Below the pieces are notes generated by a model. That model did not search any database. It saw nothing but the letters and a program-made list of their open reading frames with translations, and was not told the DNA's origin. Both the position numbers and the translations under genes were made by a program. This document shows positions 24,151 to 37,760 of a stretch of DNA of 64,000 bases, piece after piece. This DNA comes from Lama guanicoe (Eukaryota). The stretch covers positions 572,524 to 636,523 of the forward strand of contig MU053873.1 in the NCBI GenBank assembly GCA_013239625.1. Reading direction: 5' to 3'. How positions within the stretch are numbered: position 1 is the stretch's first letter; each line of letters starts with the position of its first letter.

Positions 24151-27100
24151 AAGGTGACAGGGCCTGGTGCCTCTGTCCTTGGCACAGACAGTGCTGGGAC
24201 GTGTTGCTGAGAGGCTGGACCTTTAGAGACTCCCTCCCTGGCCCTCACACTCCCCTGAGCCCAGGAGTGGTCTAGAAGGCAAAAGGAGGCATGGCCAAAG
24301 AAGCAGAGGAGCTTCTAGTCTTCTGGGCAGGCTCTGATGTCAGTAAGTGCGAAAACCTGGCCTGGGAGAGACAGACACAGGTACTCACCTCAGCTCCTCC
24401 TCCCCTCCCAGAGGGTCTGGTCCCACCAGGCTTGGCTGGGGCCTGGGTGAGGGCATTTAAAAAAAAATTCCCCAGAGCTTCCAAGGGTTTGAACCACTGC
24501 TCCAGGGAAGTAGGCCCTGTGGGGGAAACTGAGTCTAGCAGGGGTGAGAGGAACATGGTGCTAGCCCACCCAGGAAATGACAGAGACCCCCACCCCGGTC
24601 TCCTTTGGGCCTTGGTCTCCCTCTTTGGGCAGGCTGCTGGCTGGCCGGCGGACCGGGGCCCAGCCCCTGCTCCAGGCCCGCTTCCTGAGTGACAGCTGTG
24701 GCAGCTGGCAGGAGACAGGCGAGAGGCAGCTTCTAATTGCTCTGGGCTCCCAGATCCCTGCCTCAGTCTGTTGCCTCTGATGAGACACTCGACTGATCTG
24801 CCCCGGGCGGCTGCTCCTCCAGAAGAGGCACCACGTCCGACCAGCCAAGCATCAGCCTAGGGTGGGGGTGGGGGAGGTTGCCTCTCCTTGCAGGGTCTGA
24901 CCATCTCTGGGGCCAGGCGAGTCCTACCTCTCCTCTCTGCATTTTTCTGTGCGATGCTTGTGCATAAACTTCTGTTTGAACAAGGAGCTGCACAAGTGCC
25001 AAAAAGGGCAGACCCTGCAGGTGGGCTTTGTGGCAGTGACCTAGTGCACCCTGCCCCCACTAGGGGGCATGACATGTCCTCTAGGATTAGACCCCTAAGA
25101 GAAACTGTGACCTCGGGCAAGTTGTTGGACCTCGGAGTCTTGGCGCCTCACCTGGGAATAAGGGCATCTGTTTTCAGGACGAGCACAGGATGAGGATGGC
25201 ATGGAAGGCATGAGCCCGGGGTCCAGGGCAGAGTGCAAACGTCACTGATGGAGGGGCATCTTAGAGGTTGTCCTTGGGATATCTTTAGCACTCCCCCTGG
25301 GCTGAGTTTTCAGGTTGGTGCCTGCTTCCCTGTCTCCAGCTACCCTGGCTCCTCTGCCACCCCCTCCCCTGTGCCTCTTGTGTTGTGAAAGCACTTTTAG
25401 GGCAAGGGATGGAGATCAGAGGACAAAACCCTCTGGCTTCCCCAAGGGGGTTCTCAGATCCTGACATCTCAAATTCTCTCTTAGGAGAACCGAATTATTT
25501 ATCTGGCTTCAATCATCTAGCCCAAACTTTACCCTTCCCCAGGTGTGAGTTGCTGCCTCCACCTGCCACCATGTGGCCTGGGTACAGCCTGTGTTTGCAT
25601 ACCTCCAGGGCCGGGGAGCTCATTCCCCACTCCCAAGGCAGGACCAGCAGTTGCCTATTCCCTGGGCTCTGGCTTTGTGCTTCAAGATCTCCCCTGTGCT
25701 GAGATGAGGCACTAAGGGCCCACAAAAGGAGCACCTGTTTGTCACCTGAAAGTTGGACAGGGCTGTTCTGTGAGCAGCTCATCAGAGTGATGCCACTGCC
25801 CCCTCATCATGGTGGGGACATTGTATAAGGATGGCATCATGAGCCTGTGGTCAGAGGGCACTGTGGTCGGGAGAGTTGAGAGACTGGCAGGGGGTGTCGG
25901 GGCTGGGCTTTTAGAGGAGTGCTTACAGCCCCTCATTCCAGAATTCAGCTGTGCAGGTTGGCCTGACACTGAGACACTGGGTCATGAAACAGGTGAGTTT
26001 TGACAAGGGGAATGTAGGAGAGGCCCAGACTGGAGGTGCTGCCCAAGGACAGGCTGTTCTTGCAGAAGCCCCTCTTCCACTGGCCACTACCAGTTCCAAA
26101 GGGAACTGAGCTATAATCTTTTGGAGTCCCCAAGGTTGGAGGACAACGCTGGGGCAGACCCAGGGAGGGGAGGGGACATCCTTTTGGCGGGTGTAGCGAC
26201 TTCTTTCTGAGCTGCTGAGTTAGTTCTGTGACCCTGGCCCGGCCGGCCCCCTGCTCAAGGGCCCGCTAATGGGCCTCTGTGGCCCGAAGTGCCCCGGTCG
26301 TGTTGAGCCTAAGTGATGATAAAATCGACAGCAGTTTAATTGGTGATTTTAATCCTGGACAGAGCAGTAATGGCGTTACTAATTGGATCGTTAGAGATTT
26401 GTGCTTTATGGCTATGTAATTAGAGGCGCTATGGGGGGCTGGGGTGAAGTGGGGGGCCATGCAGGGCCAGGGGCAGGAGCAGCAGGCAGGGCCCCTTGCT
26501 GGGCTGGGTCACCGCTGGGACCTCCTGCCCTTCTGTGAGCTCCTCCCCTGGGGCAGCCGAGTGAGGGGGACCCCAGCCAGGGTCTACACGTGCCCCTCTC
26601 AGACCTGGGATCCATAGGAAGGGGCCTTGGAGATCATAACACGAGGGGTCCTCCAAGCTCAAACTCAGTTTCTACAGAAAGATGTAGAGCAGCTCCCTCC
26701 AGCCCAGCCCTTCCCTGTGCTCACACGGGATCACTGGGCTCTGGGTAATCATGTAGCCCCATTTTAGAAAAGAAAGAAGTCTTAAGTCTTCTCGCCCTGC
26801 TCAGTTCTCAGATGGTAAACTGAGGCCCAGGGAGGGAAGGGGACATCCTTGTGTGTGCTCCACGTGCGTCTCATCTGTGCGTCTGAGACTCACCAGCCCT
26901 GAACACCAACACTTGACACACACAGCTGCCATTCTGCACCTGTGTGAGGGGCACACAAGCTGACCCTCTGGAGCATGGAAAGGGGCTTAAGGGGGCCCAG
27001 CCCCACCCCAGGGATGCGGGGCAGACATTGTGAAGTGCCTGAAGTAGGGGACGGGCCAGGGTGGAGTGTCCTTTGGACTGAGTTCACGAAAGGCTAGGAC

Positions 27101-27379
27101 TATCTGGCACTCAATAAATACTTACTGGATTAATTAATATAGGAAAGAAAGAAAGAAAAAAGGGAGGGAGGAAGGACAGACAGATCATGGAAAGAAGGCC
27201 TCTATCCTATGCCCCTTCCAATGGTCCCCTAAACTATCACTGGTCACTCTCCTAGCATAGGTGTGGTCCCCTCACAGCCTTCCAATGGCCTCCACCATCT
27301 TCTGAGGGAGCACCAAAGTCACAGGAGCCCAATGTACCTCTCTCCTCACCTTTCTGCCCCCACCTCCTCCTCCAGCTGC

Positions 27380-27765
27380 CTTACCTGGCAGGGGGCCAGG
27401 CACACTCCTGCCTCAGGGCCTTCGCACTTGCTGTGTTGTCTACCAGGAATTCTCTCCCCCTAGACATCTTCATCCTTCACTCCTTCAGGTCTTTACTCAA
27501 AAGTCACCTTCTTGATAGGCTTTCCTTGGCCATGCTTGCTTAAAAAAACCACACACACACACACACACAAAAGATAAACCTGTTCTCCCACTGCCGTGCT
27601 TTGTTGTCCTGGTTTGCACTTTTCACAATGTAACACACTGTAGACTTTCTTTTTTTGTCTGGTGCAGGATTTTGTTCACTGCTGCATCCCTAGTATGGTG
27701 ACACAGAGGATATGCTCATACGTACTTGTGGAATGAATGAATAAAGGAATTAATGAATGAATGGA
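27380..27765 (+). mobile_element. L2 LINE 3' end with internal (CA)n
   Basis: ctcctgcctcagggccttcgcacttgctgt...tttactcaaaagtcaccttc...gaatgaatgaat. Confidence 0.75.
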
Positions 27766-30700
27766 GAACTGGAGGGTCCCCAGAGGCAGCCCTGGGAGGT
27801 GAGGGCAGGTTGTGGGGGTGTGTGCAGGTTGAAGGGGTCAGGAGGCTGATGTGGGCTGGAGTGGTGACTGAGACCCCCTAACTGTGAGCCTTTCCCTCTG
27901 GCTCCCACTCCCCCAGCATTGCCCCATGGGAGAGCACCCCAGTGACCTACATCAACAAATTATTCAGCGGGTGGGGGCCAGGGAGATAAAAATCTCTGTC
28001 CTATTATCAAGTGCTTCACCTCGGTGCCCTCCCCTCGTGCGGCCATCAGCCTGATCTATGCGGCCCTTCAGCCAGGTCACCCCATGGCCTCCAACCACCT
28101 CCTCTGTGCTCCCCCCACAAGAAGTGGCTGCCTCTGGGGTGGGCTTTGGGAATCCTCTGCAGGCCCTAGCTCCCTGTTCACAGGCAGGAGGCAGTGCCGA
28201 AATCCCACCGTCAGCACTGAGGTGGGGCCCACCAGGGCAGGCGCGGGGCCCGGAGCTCTCGGCAGCGCAAGCCCACCTGCCTCGCCGGGCTGCCTCAGGC
28301 TTCATCGGGTGATGTATGGCCCACTGGCCCTGCCAGGAAGCGACAGCAGATGGATGGGCAGTGCCGAGGGGCGGGCTCGGAGCCAGGAGCGGGAGCGGGG
28401 ATGGGGAGGTGCCTGGCTCTGGAGAAAGACATTCCGGGAACGCCATCCTCCCTGGCCACGGGCAGGACGGGGCGAGATGGAGGGAGTTGTCCTGGGCACG
28501 GCTCCCACACTGTGGTCCTTGGAGTGGGAAAGGGCAGGGAGCTAGGAGGCTCTTGATTCCTCGTGGTATCTCTCTAAGCCTCAGTTTTCTCATCCATAAA
28601 ATGGCAATGAAGCAGCTGTGGGAGACAGCAAGGAAGATCGTCTGAGAGAATGCTTACCAAGCACAGCCTCCAGACTCAGGGCTGCTCTGGCTCTTAACCC
28701 CCAACCCTGTTAGGCCTGGTGCTGGGCCAGGGAGGGGCTGTCCCTAAAAGCCTGCTCCCTCCTCGCTATGTCTCGTCACCTAGTCCCCTCCCCAACCTTC
28801 TTGGCTCCTGGCCTTGGGGAGAATCACAGATGGAAATGAACAAAACCTTGGCAAATTTCTAGTTCAGCCTCCCTCCCATTTTCCAGATGGGAAAACTGAG
28901 GTCTTGCAGGAGGCCAGGACAGGCCCAAGATCTTGTGGGAGGGCTTGGAAGACCCCTGGTGGTGATTCCTGTAAGAAGCCACCTCTCCGCAGGGAGGGTG
29001 GGGCATGAGGGGCTGGTGCAGCTGCTCAGCAGGTGGGGAAGGACAGGCAGGACAGGTCTGGGCACAAAGAACAGGGCGGGAGGGCTGGTGCAGTTGCTGC
29101 GGTCGAGTCAGGATGCGCCAGACACCTCTGTGGGATCTGTCTGCGTCCAAGGAGACCAGGACACTGGGCGGACGGACAACATGTCCTTGCTGGCTGGGCC
29201 TGGAGGAGGGCTGGGGAGTGGGGGGGTCATTCTGGGAATCAGGGCTGCCTGTGGGGCCAGGCAGCGTCTCCTGGCATCTGTTCACCTGTCTTGCTCCCCA
29301 GAGGAGCCAGGACCCCACGTGGGTTTCCTGACGGCTGTAAGCACCGATGTAGGTAAACAGGTCTGGTGGACATGTGAGGGGGTGAGGGCATGCATGTGTG
29401 CGTCTGTGGTGGGGTGTGTGTGCACATGTGTGTGCAGGGCCAATATGTGTGTGCAAGGGTCTGAGCACCTGGGCCCCTAGAACCCAGGGCTGTGTGTGCA
29501 GGGCACTTTGCACTTGTGGGCCTCTCCGCAGGCGTGGATGAGATGTGAGAGGTGGGTGTGGAGAGAGACAGGTGCTCACTCAACACCCACCAGGCCCCAC
29601 ACAAGCTCGGCCTCAGTTTCAGTCCAAAGGAACAGGGTGCGCCCCCCTGTTGTCAAATGGGGAAACTGAGGGCAGCAGCCTGCCTAAGGCCCCTGGGGTT
29701 CCTGCCTATAAATCCAGGAGAACCACCCCTGCCCCGTCCTCCTCACAAGGTGGGGCTCAGACAAGAAAGTGTCCACCCTCCCCTCAAGGTCAGAGGTGGG
29801 TTTGACCCTAAAGAAAAATGCTCTGTAGCAGATCCCGCAGCATCCCTGAGTGAGTCTTGCTTTGGACTTGTTCTCCTGAGTAGGGACAGGACATGGCGCT
29901 GAAGCCCAGAGCTGGATGCAGCCTTTGCGGTCACTGGGGGAGCCCCCTGCTGCTAACTCAGGGTGGAGTGGTTGACTGACGGCTGGGACCTTTGCAGAGG
30001 AGGGAGGCCCCACTGGAGGGCTGGGTCCCCTCTCCGAGCCTCTGTTTCCTCACCTGTGGAACAGAGAGCCCCTCCTCCTCCTGGGTTCCTGCTGGAGGCC
30101 TGGAGACTCAAGGTCATCTCAGGGACTAGGCAGTGGTCCCTCCAGGCTCTCCTCGGGGGCTTGGAGGGGAGATGAGCTCGGGGCAGGGGGAGGAGGGGGG
30201 CCGAGGGATCTGAGGCTGGGAGGCAGGCCTTCCAGTTCAGTTAGTGAAGGGATTTGTCATTTTAATGATGTAATATTTCTTGCCTGGCTCCTGTCGTGGC
30301 AGCACGAAGGGGACAGCTGCCTCCCCGAGTGAGGCGGTGCCGATGGGGGCTGCCCTCGGACTCCCTCGCCCTGCCAGGCTGAGGCTGGGCTCGAAACTCG
30401 GATGCCAGGGTTCAAGGGGCTAGCGGCTCCCACACAACCTCACCCCCCACCCAGTTCAGACTCTCCCTCTCTGTGTGACCTTGGGTGAGTCCCGCCTCAT
30501 CTCTAAGGCTTGGTTTCCTCATCAGTGGGGCTAATGCCATCGTCCTCCTGGCTTCCACCACCGACGGCTGTCAGCTCCAGAGTCTTTAGCATTCCTCCCC
30601 TTCACTGCCTCTTCCAGTCCCCAGATTTTTGCAGACCCTCGGCAGGCCGCCCTCCCCCGCCAGCAGCTAGGTCTTCTAGAAGCGCCTGCCTGGTTCTGGC

Positions 30701-31419
30701 TCCCCTCACCTGGAGGGTGAGTGCAAACTGGCTTCGCCCTACTCTCCAGCCTCCCCGGGCCCCCTGCCCCATCTGTCTCTGAGCCTCAGTCATCCCTGTC
30801 GAGGCTGCCTGTCTCACTGATGGCCCTTTGTACAAGCCGCTCCCTCCGCCTTGGTCAGACCCATCACCTTGGTCCTCGCTCTGGTCAAAGGCCTCCTCCG
30901 GTTCTCACAGCTGCTATTTGCCCCGAGACCACACGTGTCACACTGGAGGGTGACAGCAGGTTTCCCAGTCTGTCTTGCTTGCTCTGTGCTCCAGCACATA
31001 GTAGGCCCTTGATAAATATGTGTGTGTTGAATGACTGAATGAGGGGCCTCAGAGCCACCCTCCTGACCCCAGAGCAGAGCTGCAATGATGCGGGTGGGGG
31101 CTGCAGAGAGGGTGGCCCGGCGGGTGGCCCATCCATCAGCCTGGCGCCGCGCCTGACCAGATGGAGCCGAGCCCCTGGGGAGGTGGAGGAGGAAGAGATC
31201 CATCACCCAACGGTCAGTCGGCGGGGTGTGGGCATGTCACACCTGCCCTCCACAGGACCCTCATCCATCAGGCTGTCCTGGGGATGCTGGGCTTGGGGGA
31301 GCAGGCAGCAGCCCCTCTGCCGGGCTCTGCGGGGCAGGAACCTGCAGGAAGTCTGCAGCTCTCTCTCACAGAGGAAACTGAGGCCTGGAGGAGGGCAGCA
31401 GAAGTAAAAAGTGGGGACT

Positions 31420-31590
31420 AAGGAGCCAGAACAATCTGTGTTTGAGTGATGGCTCTGGGCCTCACTCGTGTGACCCTGGGCAAGATTCTGGCCTCTGTTA
31501 GCCAGTGTCCTCATCTGTAAAACGGAGACACAGCAGTGCCCCCTCACTTAGAAGAGGATTCACAGAGATGAGGCGCTGTGCCTGCCTTGT
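31420..31590 (+). mobile_element. MIR SINE
   Basis: gtgtgaccctgggcaag...tcctcatctgtaaaacggaga core. Confidence 0.7.
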
Positions 31591-34500
31591 GGCCCCCAGC
31601 CCCTGGAGGAGGAGGAGGAGGAGGATCCAGCGGCGGTGGCTTTGAGTGGCAGAGCCAGAATGGCTAATTGTCTTGGCTGTCACGGGGAAGGAGACGTTGA
31701 TGGATGCTCCTCTGGGCCAGAGGGGCTGGGGGAGGGGGTGGCTGAGTGATGACCAGGCCTCACGGTGATTACAGCTCAGCTGACCCGATCAGCGGGCCAG
31801 GGGAACATCTTGGCCTGGCCTCGCTCCCAGCCCCCACCTGGTTTGCTGGGAAGTCACTGCCTCCCTCCTCCTCCTCCTCCTCAGCATTTTAATTATCAAA
31901 ACGAATGCTTTCTGAGCCATCATTTCACCTGAATTGCACAATGGCCTAGGGAGTGGGGTGAGATCCTCAGGCCTCATTCCACGGCTGGGGGGCACTGAGA
32001 CACATTCACTTACTCAGCAGTGAGGTGCTGAGCACCCACTCTGGGCCAGGCTCTGTGCTGGGCCCTGGGGAATCAGACAAGAAAGCTTTGGCCCCTGCTT
32101 GCCCCCCGGCACCCTGGAAGTTACAGGACTGATTTTTGCATCCAACATGATGGATACCGGGAATGGGGTGGGACGGCATCCTGGTGTGCGCTCCCCGGCA
32201 GCTACGGCACTCTTGGTCCCCAGTGCGATGTTGTACTCAAAGTGTCTTCTCATTTAGTCATCCGAGGCAGAAATGGTGACCCTGTTTTCCAGCTTAGAAA
32301 ACTGGAGCTCAAAGGGGTGACCTGGCTCACTTGGGGGCCCCCAGCTGTTAGGAGGAGGCGGGAGGTGCTCACATCTGCACCCAGGACTTACGCTCTCTCC
32401 ACGCAGCCAAGGCCACACCACTGCCGCCCACGCACGGGCTCAAGGAGGAGCTGCCTGGTGGGGGTTCCGGGAATGAACCCCATGCACCCCGGCAACACCA
32501 AGCCCAAACCGGCATCCACAGTTCCTCCCCCATCATGGGGGTGAGGGCCAGGACCCGGACCTCCCCTCCCAGAATCGAACCCCATTCCTGACAGCCCTTT
32601 CCACACCTGTCTGCCCGGGGCTTGTCCCCACTGCTGAGCCCCACTTAGAGGGCCGATGGCCACACCCAGGTCACGTGAGGGCGGGACTTCTGTCCCACCG
32701 GCTCTGAGCTGGGTCTGGGGAGGGGCTCCCCTGGGATGCTGAGGAGCAGAACAGTCCAGGCAGAGGTCAGACAGGTTGACGCCCCAGCTCCAAGAAGTCA
32801 CATGGCCTCTCTCTCCTCCTGCCCCACGTGGGAGTGATGGTGATGGCACATGGTTCTCATGGGGCCTCAAGGTGCAGCCAGGACCAGAGTGGGAGCCATG
32901 GCCATGACTGTGCTTGGTGTGCCGTGTGGTGACTGTGGCCCTGCTGGGACAGCTGGGGATCAGAGACAGATCAGGTGTGCCAAGGCCAACCCAGATCACT
33001 GTGGTTATTTCATCCTCCTCGGGCCTGGCCAGAGCAGGTGCTCAGGGGACATTGCGGCCCTGACCCCAGGCAGATTGGGTAGGTGCTGGGGTTGGGGGCT
33101 GGGCCTGCTCCCCCAGGCCAGGCAGTGAGGCTGGACCGACTGGGAGGAGCTGAGGGGCTGGGTGGAGTGCTCTGCTTGGCCTGTGCCCACCTACCTTGTG
33201 GAGCAGAACCAGCTCTAATGAAGTGGGCTAGCCCCAGGCCAGCACTGATTTCACGACTCAGTGGCCACTTCCCAGCTGGTAAATGTCACTGGAGAGAGTA
33301 GTTGTGGCACCTGGCATGGACCCAGTCTCGGGTGGGGACGGGCAGGCTGCGGAGGGGCCGGGGCTGCCTGTGGAATGCTGATGCCGGCCCAGGGCTCTCA
33401 GATCCTTCAGACGCCCCTCCACATCCCGAGGGGCTGTGCCCAGGCACCTGCAGCTGTCACTCACTCGGGGACATTTGCAGCCGCAGTCCCTCTCCTGCTG
33501 TCCACCCATGAGGGCTCGAGCCCCAGGGCAGGGAGGGTTCCCCCTGACTGGCTACATCCTGCCCCGCTCTTCATGGGCTACAGTTCAGGGTGGTCTGGAG
33601 AGGGGCACAGCTGCCCGGGGCCCAGGAGCGGGAGGCAGAGCTGTGGGAGAACCCCTCCCAGCCCACGACGGCCCCGGCTGCCCTGAGCCGTCTCCCCCGA
33701 TCCCTGAGCCAGGACAAACTAATAGTGAAGTAACCACGCAGCGGCAGGCCTCATTTAATAAACCCTCACGGTGGCAGGTACTGGCTCAGAACTCGGTATC
33801 CATAATCCTATTCAACCCCCACGATGACCTCGTGGTTGGGTTGGCTGGGATCTGACTGCATCTTCATCCTGGGAGGGGAAGGTGGGACTCCAGAGGCGAA
33901 GCCCCTTTCCCTGAGCATCACTGCCCTCCAGCCCTGCGGTGCAGCCCTAGTCCTCCTGGGACACTTTCTCTGCCTGACTCCCTACCTCAGAGGGGATGGG
34001 GCCCAGCCCCACCTGTTTGTCCCACATTGTATTCCCCTTCCCCATCTCCTGGGATTGCCAGGAAGCAGGAGGTGGGGTGGGGGTGGCCTGGGGTGGGGGG
34101 TGTTGCTTTTCTAAGGTTCATCGTGAGACTCTCTGCCTCCCTCAGCTTCCCGGTCCAGGGGAGCCAGAGGGAGGGAGCAGGGATTCACGTCCATTCCAGG
34201 TTTGAACTTGGGGGAGGAGCTGGACCTCCTGGAAGACTGAAAGGCAAGAGGGGCCAAGGGGTGTGTGTGTCCTGGCACACTGTTCCCTCCCATCCTCCTC
34301 TTTTTTCTCTCCTTCTAGATCCTCCATCTCCAGGTCTGAGACCTAACAAACAAAATCTGCCCAACTACACCTATCCTAGACGTAACATTTCCTGGGTGCA
34401 AACACTCTAAGTTGCATCCGTGACAGGACGCAAGGGTGGCTGATGCCAGTCCTGCAGCCAAGAGGGTCAGGCCCACCTGTAATGCTGTGACTCTCACATC

Positions 34501-36719
34501 GTGACCCCAGGGCCCCTCAGCCCAGCAGGAGCCATCCCTGAGTTATCTGCATCTCCAGGCCCCCTTCCGGGCTTAAGGAGCACTTCCAGGTAAGGCCCTT
34601 CTCCCTGAGCGCTGCTTTGTTGGGCCTCTGCCACCAGTCTGGATGGGCCACAGCAGAGCTTGGCAAATGGGGGTGCCGTGGTGGGGGCTGCCCCTGGAGC
34701 CTGATGGCCTCCTGGAGCGGGGGGTGTGGGGGAGGGGGCGTAGCTCACAAACAAGACTTGTGGGGAACATGCCTGCTCCAGCTAGAGCTGTTCCTTGCTC
34801 CCTCTTCTCGGCGTTTCCGGGGACCTTCCTACGTGGGGCAGGGAGTCCTGGCATTCCCTGCCGCTCTCCCCTTTTCCCGGGAAAAGAGGGGGGAGGAGAG
34901 AAAAGCCGTATTAATAACAGAATAAGATGCTGCGACGAACTCGCAGCGTGTGCAGCTCAGAATAGCAATGTGCTTTCTCAAGGCAAACGAAACTCCCCAG
35001 GTGTTAATGCAAATTCACTCCAGTTAAGATGAAAGAGGGTTGTTTCCCCCTTTGCCGGCTAATATGAAGGACTTAATAGATTCTGCCTCAGGAACTCGGC
35101 CGGGAGCGGAAGGCTGGGGGAGGGACGAAGGCGTGAGCAAAGAAGTGGGGGTCCCCGCGGGTTTTAGGGCAGAGCAACTGTCACAGCAGGCCTGGCCTGA
35201 TGTGCACTCATGCTGTCTCAGCCGCTGTCCGAGCTGGCGGGAGCTGGACCCACTGCTGGGAGGAGGCGATGGGATAGCCCAGGTGGCGGGGGCAGCCCCC
35301 TGCCCTGGTGCCTACAGCCCCTCACAGTAACTCCGGGGCTGGACCACAATTGCTACTCCCCAGTTTGTGCCGGGGGAAGGTGGGGCTGGGAGAGAGGATA
35401 GGGTGAGGCTGGCTGACCCTGCAGGGTACCTGCTTCAAGGCCAGCTGTGCCAGGGCTGTCCCCATGGGATCCCGGATCTGTCTTTTTTCGGCTCTCTGGA
35501 GGGTGAAACTGGCTTGACTGGACCTGGGGAGACCAGCCTGAGGAATTTGAGAAACATGACATTGGTGGATGGCTGGGACTGGAAGGGGCCTCCGATCCTC
35601 TGACCCTCTGAAGCCCAGGACATGGGAGCCCAGACGGTAGAAGGGACCTACTCAAGGCCACACAGCTGGAATTGGGAAGCTGGAGGGACCAGGATCTAAG
35701 GCCTGCTCTCCTGAAGCCCAGGCTGGACCCTGAGACGCCGGAGGGTTGGGGGACAGTCAGCCTGGGTGGCTCTGCCAGCCACAGGCCCCTTCCTCCCATG
35801 GGGGGAGCCCTTCTCCAGCCCAGACAATTCCAGACCACTCAGACTTTGCACACATGTGTCCCTCAGAATTATCCCCCAGTGGAAATTGTGCAGGGGCCAA
35901 GCTGGGGGCGTGGGGGGAGGTACATCCAGCGCCAGGTGTGTGCCGGGCCCTAGGAAGGTATCTCTGGATGAAGGAAGACTTCAGGGAGGTCCAGGGGAGG
36001 GTGGGCAGGGGTGAGGTGTCCCCATCGGTCTACTTCCCGCGTCTGAATTTAACTCCTCTCTCCGGGTAAATGGCACAGCAGGTGCCTGCAACCAGACACC
36101 TCCGCAGCCTTCTTCACTTTTGTTTACTGACTTAATTCCTTCAGATCAAAGGCTACGCCTTCCTCCCAGAGCAGGCAGGCGGGGGAATTACATTATTTAT
36201 ATTAGAAATGGGCAAGACTCCACGGGGACTTCTTCCTTATGCCTGATAAGAGAAAATTAGGTCACTGCTGTGCCCATCGCCCCCCCATCCAAGTGTCTGC
36301 AGTGGGTTTTCACGGTCTGGGTACCCACAGGCTCACGGAACTGCTCCAGGTGCAGAGCAGAGGGCTGCCCACAGAGCCACTCTCCCACCCTGAGACTCCA
36401 GTAAATTATTGACTGGAGCAGCAGGTATTAATATGACAAAACCAGAACATCCTTTCCAGGCAGTCCCAGCCTGGGTTATCTGTCATCTCCTGGGCACTGC
36501 AGCTGGCACTGTGCAAACACAGTGAGGACAAACAAGCCTGATACAGGTCATTAAGCCCCTGGTGCAGGTGGAGGGATGGGGCCCAGGTGGGGGCCACAGG
36601 TGGGCCTGGTCTCTCTGAGCTGGGGCTCTCCCTGGGTCACCACCGCTCTTTTCTCTGCATCCTCCTGCACCACCCCACTCCCCAAAGGAAGAAAGGGTCA
36701 CCTGCCCCAAATGGCACTG

Positions 36720-36910
36720 TGCTTAGAGCTTTCTAGGCATTATTAATCCCTGTGAAACCCTGTAAAACTCCCCTTTTAGATGAGGAAACTGCAGTGCCCA
36801 AAGCTAAGGTAACTTCCCAAGGTCACATGGCCGCTAAGGGACCAAGCAGAGATTTGAAACCAGGTCTTCCTGAGTTCCAAGTCAGGGGCCCTGAGCCCCT
36901 CGGCTATGTG
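36720..36910 (-). mobile_element. MIR SINE
   Basis: ttttagatgaggaaactg...aggtaacttcccaaggtcaca...gatttgaaaccaggtct. Confidence 0.75.
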
Positions 36911-37109
36911 GTTTCCTTAGCCCTCTGCACAGCTGGGTGTGAAGCAAAGATTTCATTTTTTTCCGTGATCACTGCTTCTATCACTTGTGAATAATGGCAA
37001 TGCTGCTACACATTCTCATCCCTTTTTCCTAAGACATCTGAGCACTCTTTGCATCTCTTCTTCATGTTATCCTGACAACATCTCAGAGGTACCCAAAGGC
37101 GTCCCCGCC

Positions 37110-37760
37110 AACCCTCTTTACAGAGCGAGCGTGCAGCTCAGCGGAGGGGCGAGCAGGCTCGGCTGTGGGCCTCTGCAGGAGTTGTCTTGATGTCTTCGGC
37201 TCAGAGGCAACGTGCCAGGTGCTATTCTGGGGCTACTACCCTTGCGAGAAACAGGCATCAAGTGGGAGCCGGGAGGGGACGCGGCGGGGGTTCCTCTGAG
37301 TCAGCTCAGGTCCTGGGGGCGCTGATGCACCGCGAGCTGGCTCCTTGTAAGCGCACTCCGGACTCCCTGCTGCTGCGGCTGCGGCCGCAGCATCCTGCCA
37401 TAATGCAGTAATGACAGGCTGCCAGGGAGCCCCACCGCGGCCCGGGTGCGGGAGAGGAGCCCTTGGCCTCTCTCCGCTGCCTGGGCTGTCTGAGAGGGAG
37501 ACGGAGAATACGCGGATGGCTCGACTTTCTCTTCCCCAGACGCGCAAGAAATTGGATTAGACACGGCTGTGGCAATCTGCTCACCAATACCTTTCCCCCC
37601 GGGGCCCTGCCGCCAGCTCGCCGTTACCCGTGGGTGGCTCGCGACCCGCTCCTCCAAAGCAGAAGCTTCTGGGGTGGGCTGCCCTGGGAACAGCTGCCAG
37701 CGCTCAGCGCAGGCGAGGACCACAGAAAAGGATGAAGGGCTGGCAGGGACGCCAGAAGGA
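37110..37760. promoter_or_regulatory. Orphan CpG-rich island just beyond the NF2 3' end
   Basis: CpG density visibly above flanks; CCAAT motifs at 37551-37555 (reverse) and 37584-37588. Confidence 0.55.

Noticed and set aside
34068..34102. G-run clusters (also ~675-697 and ~46502-46632) with G-quadruplex potential
   Set aside because: Common at this GC content; nothing marks these copies as functional
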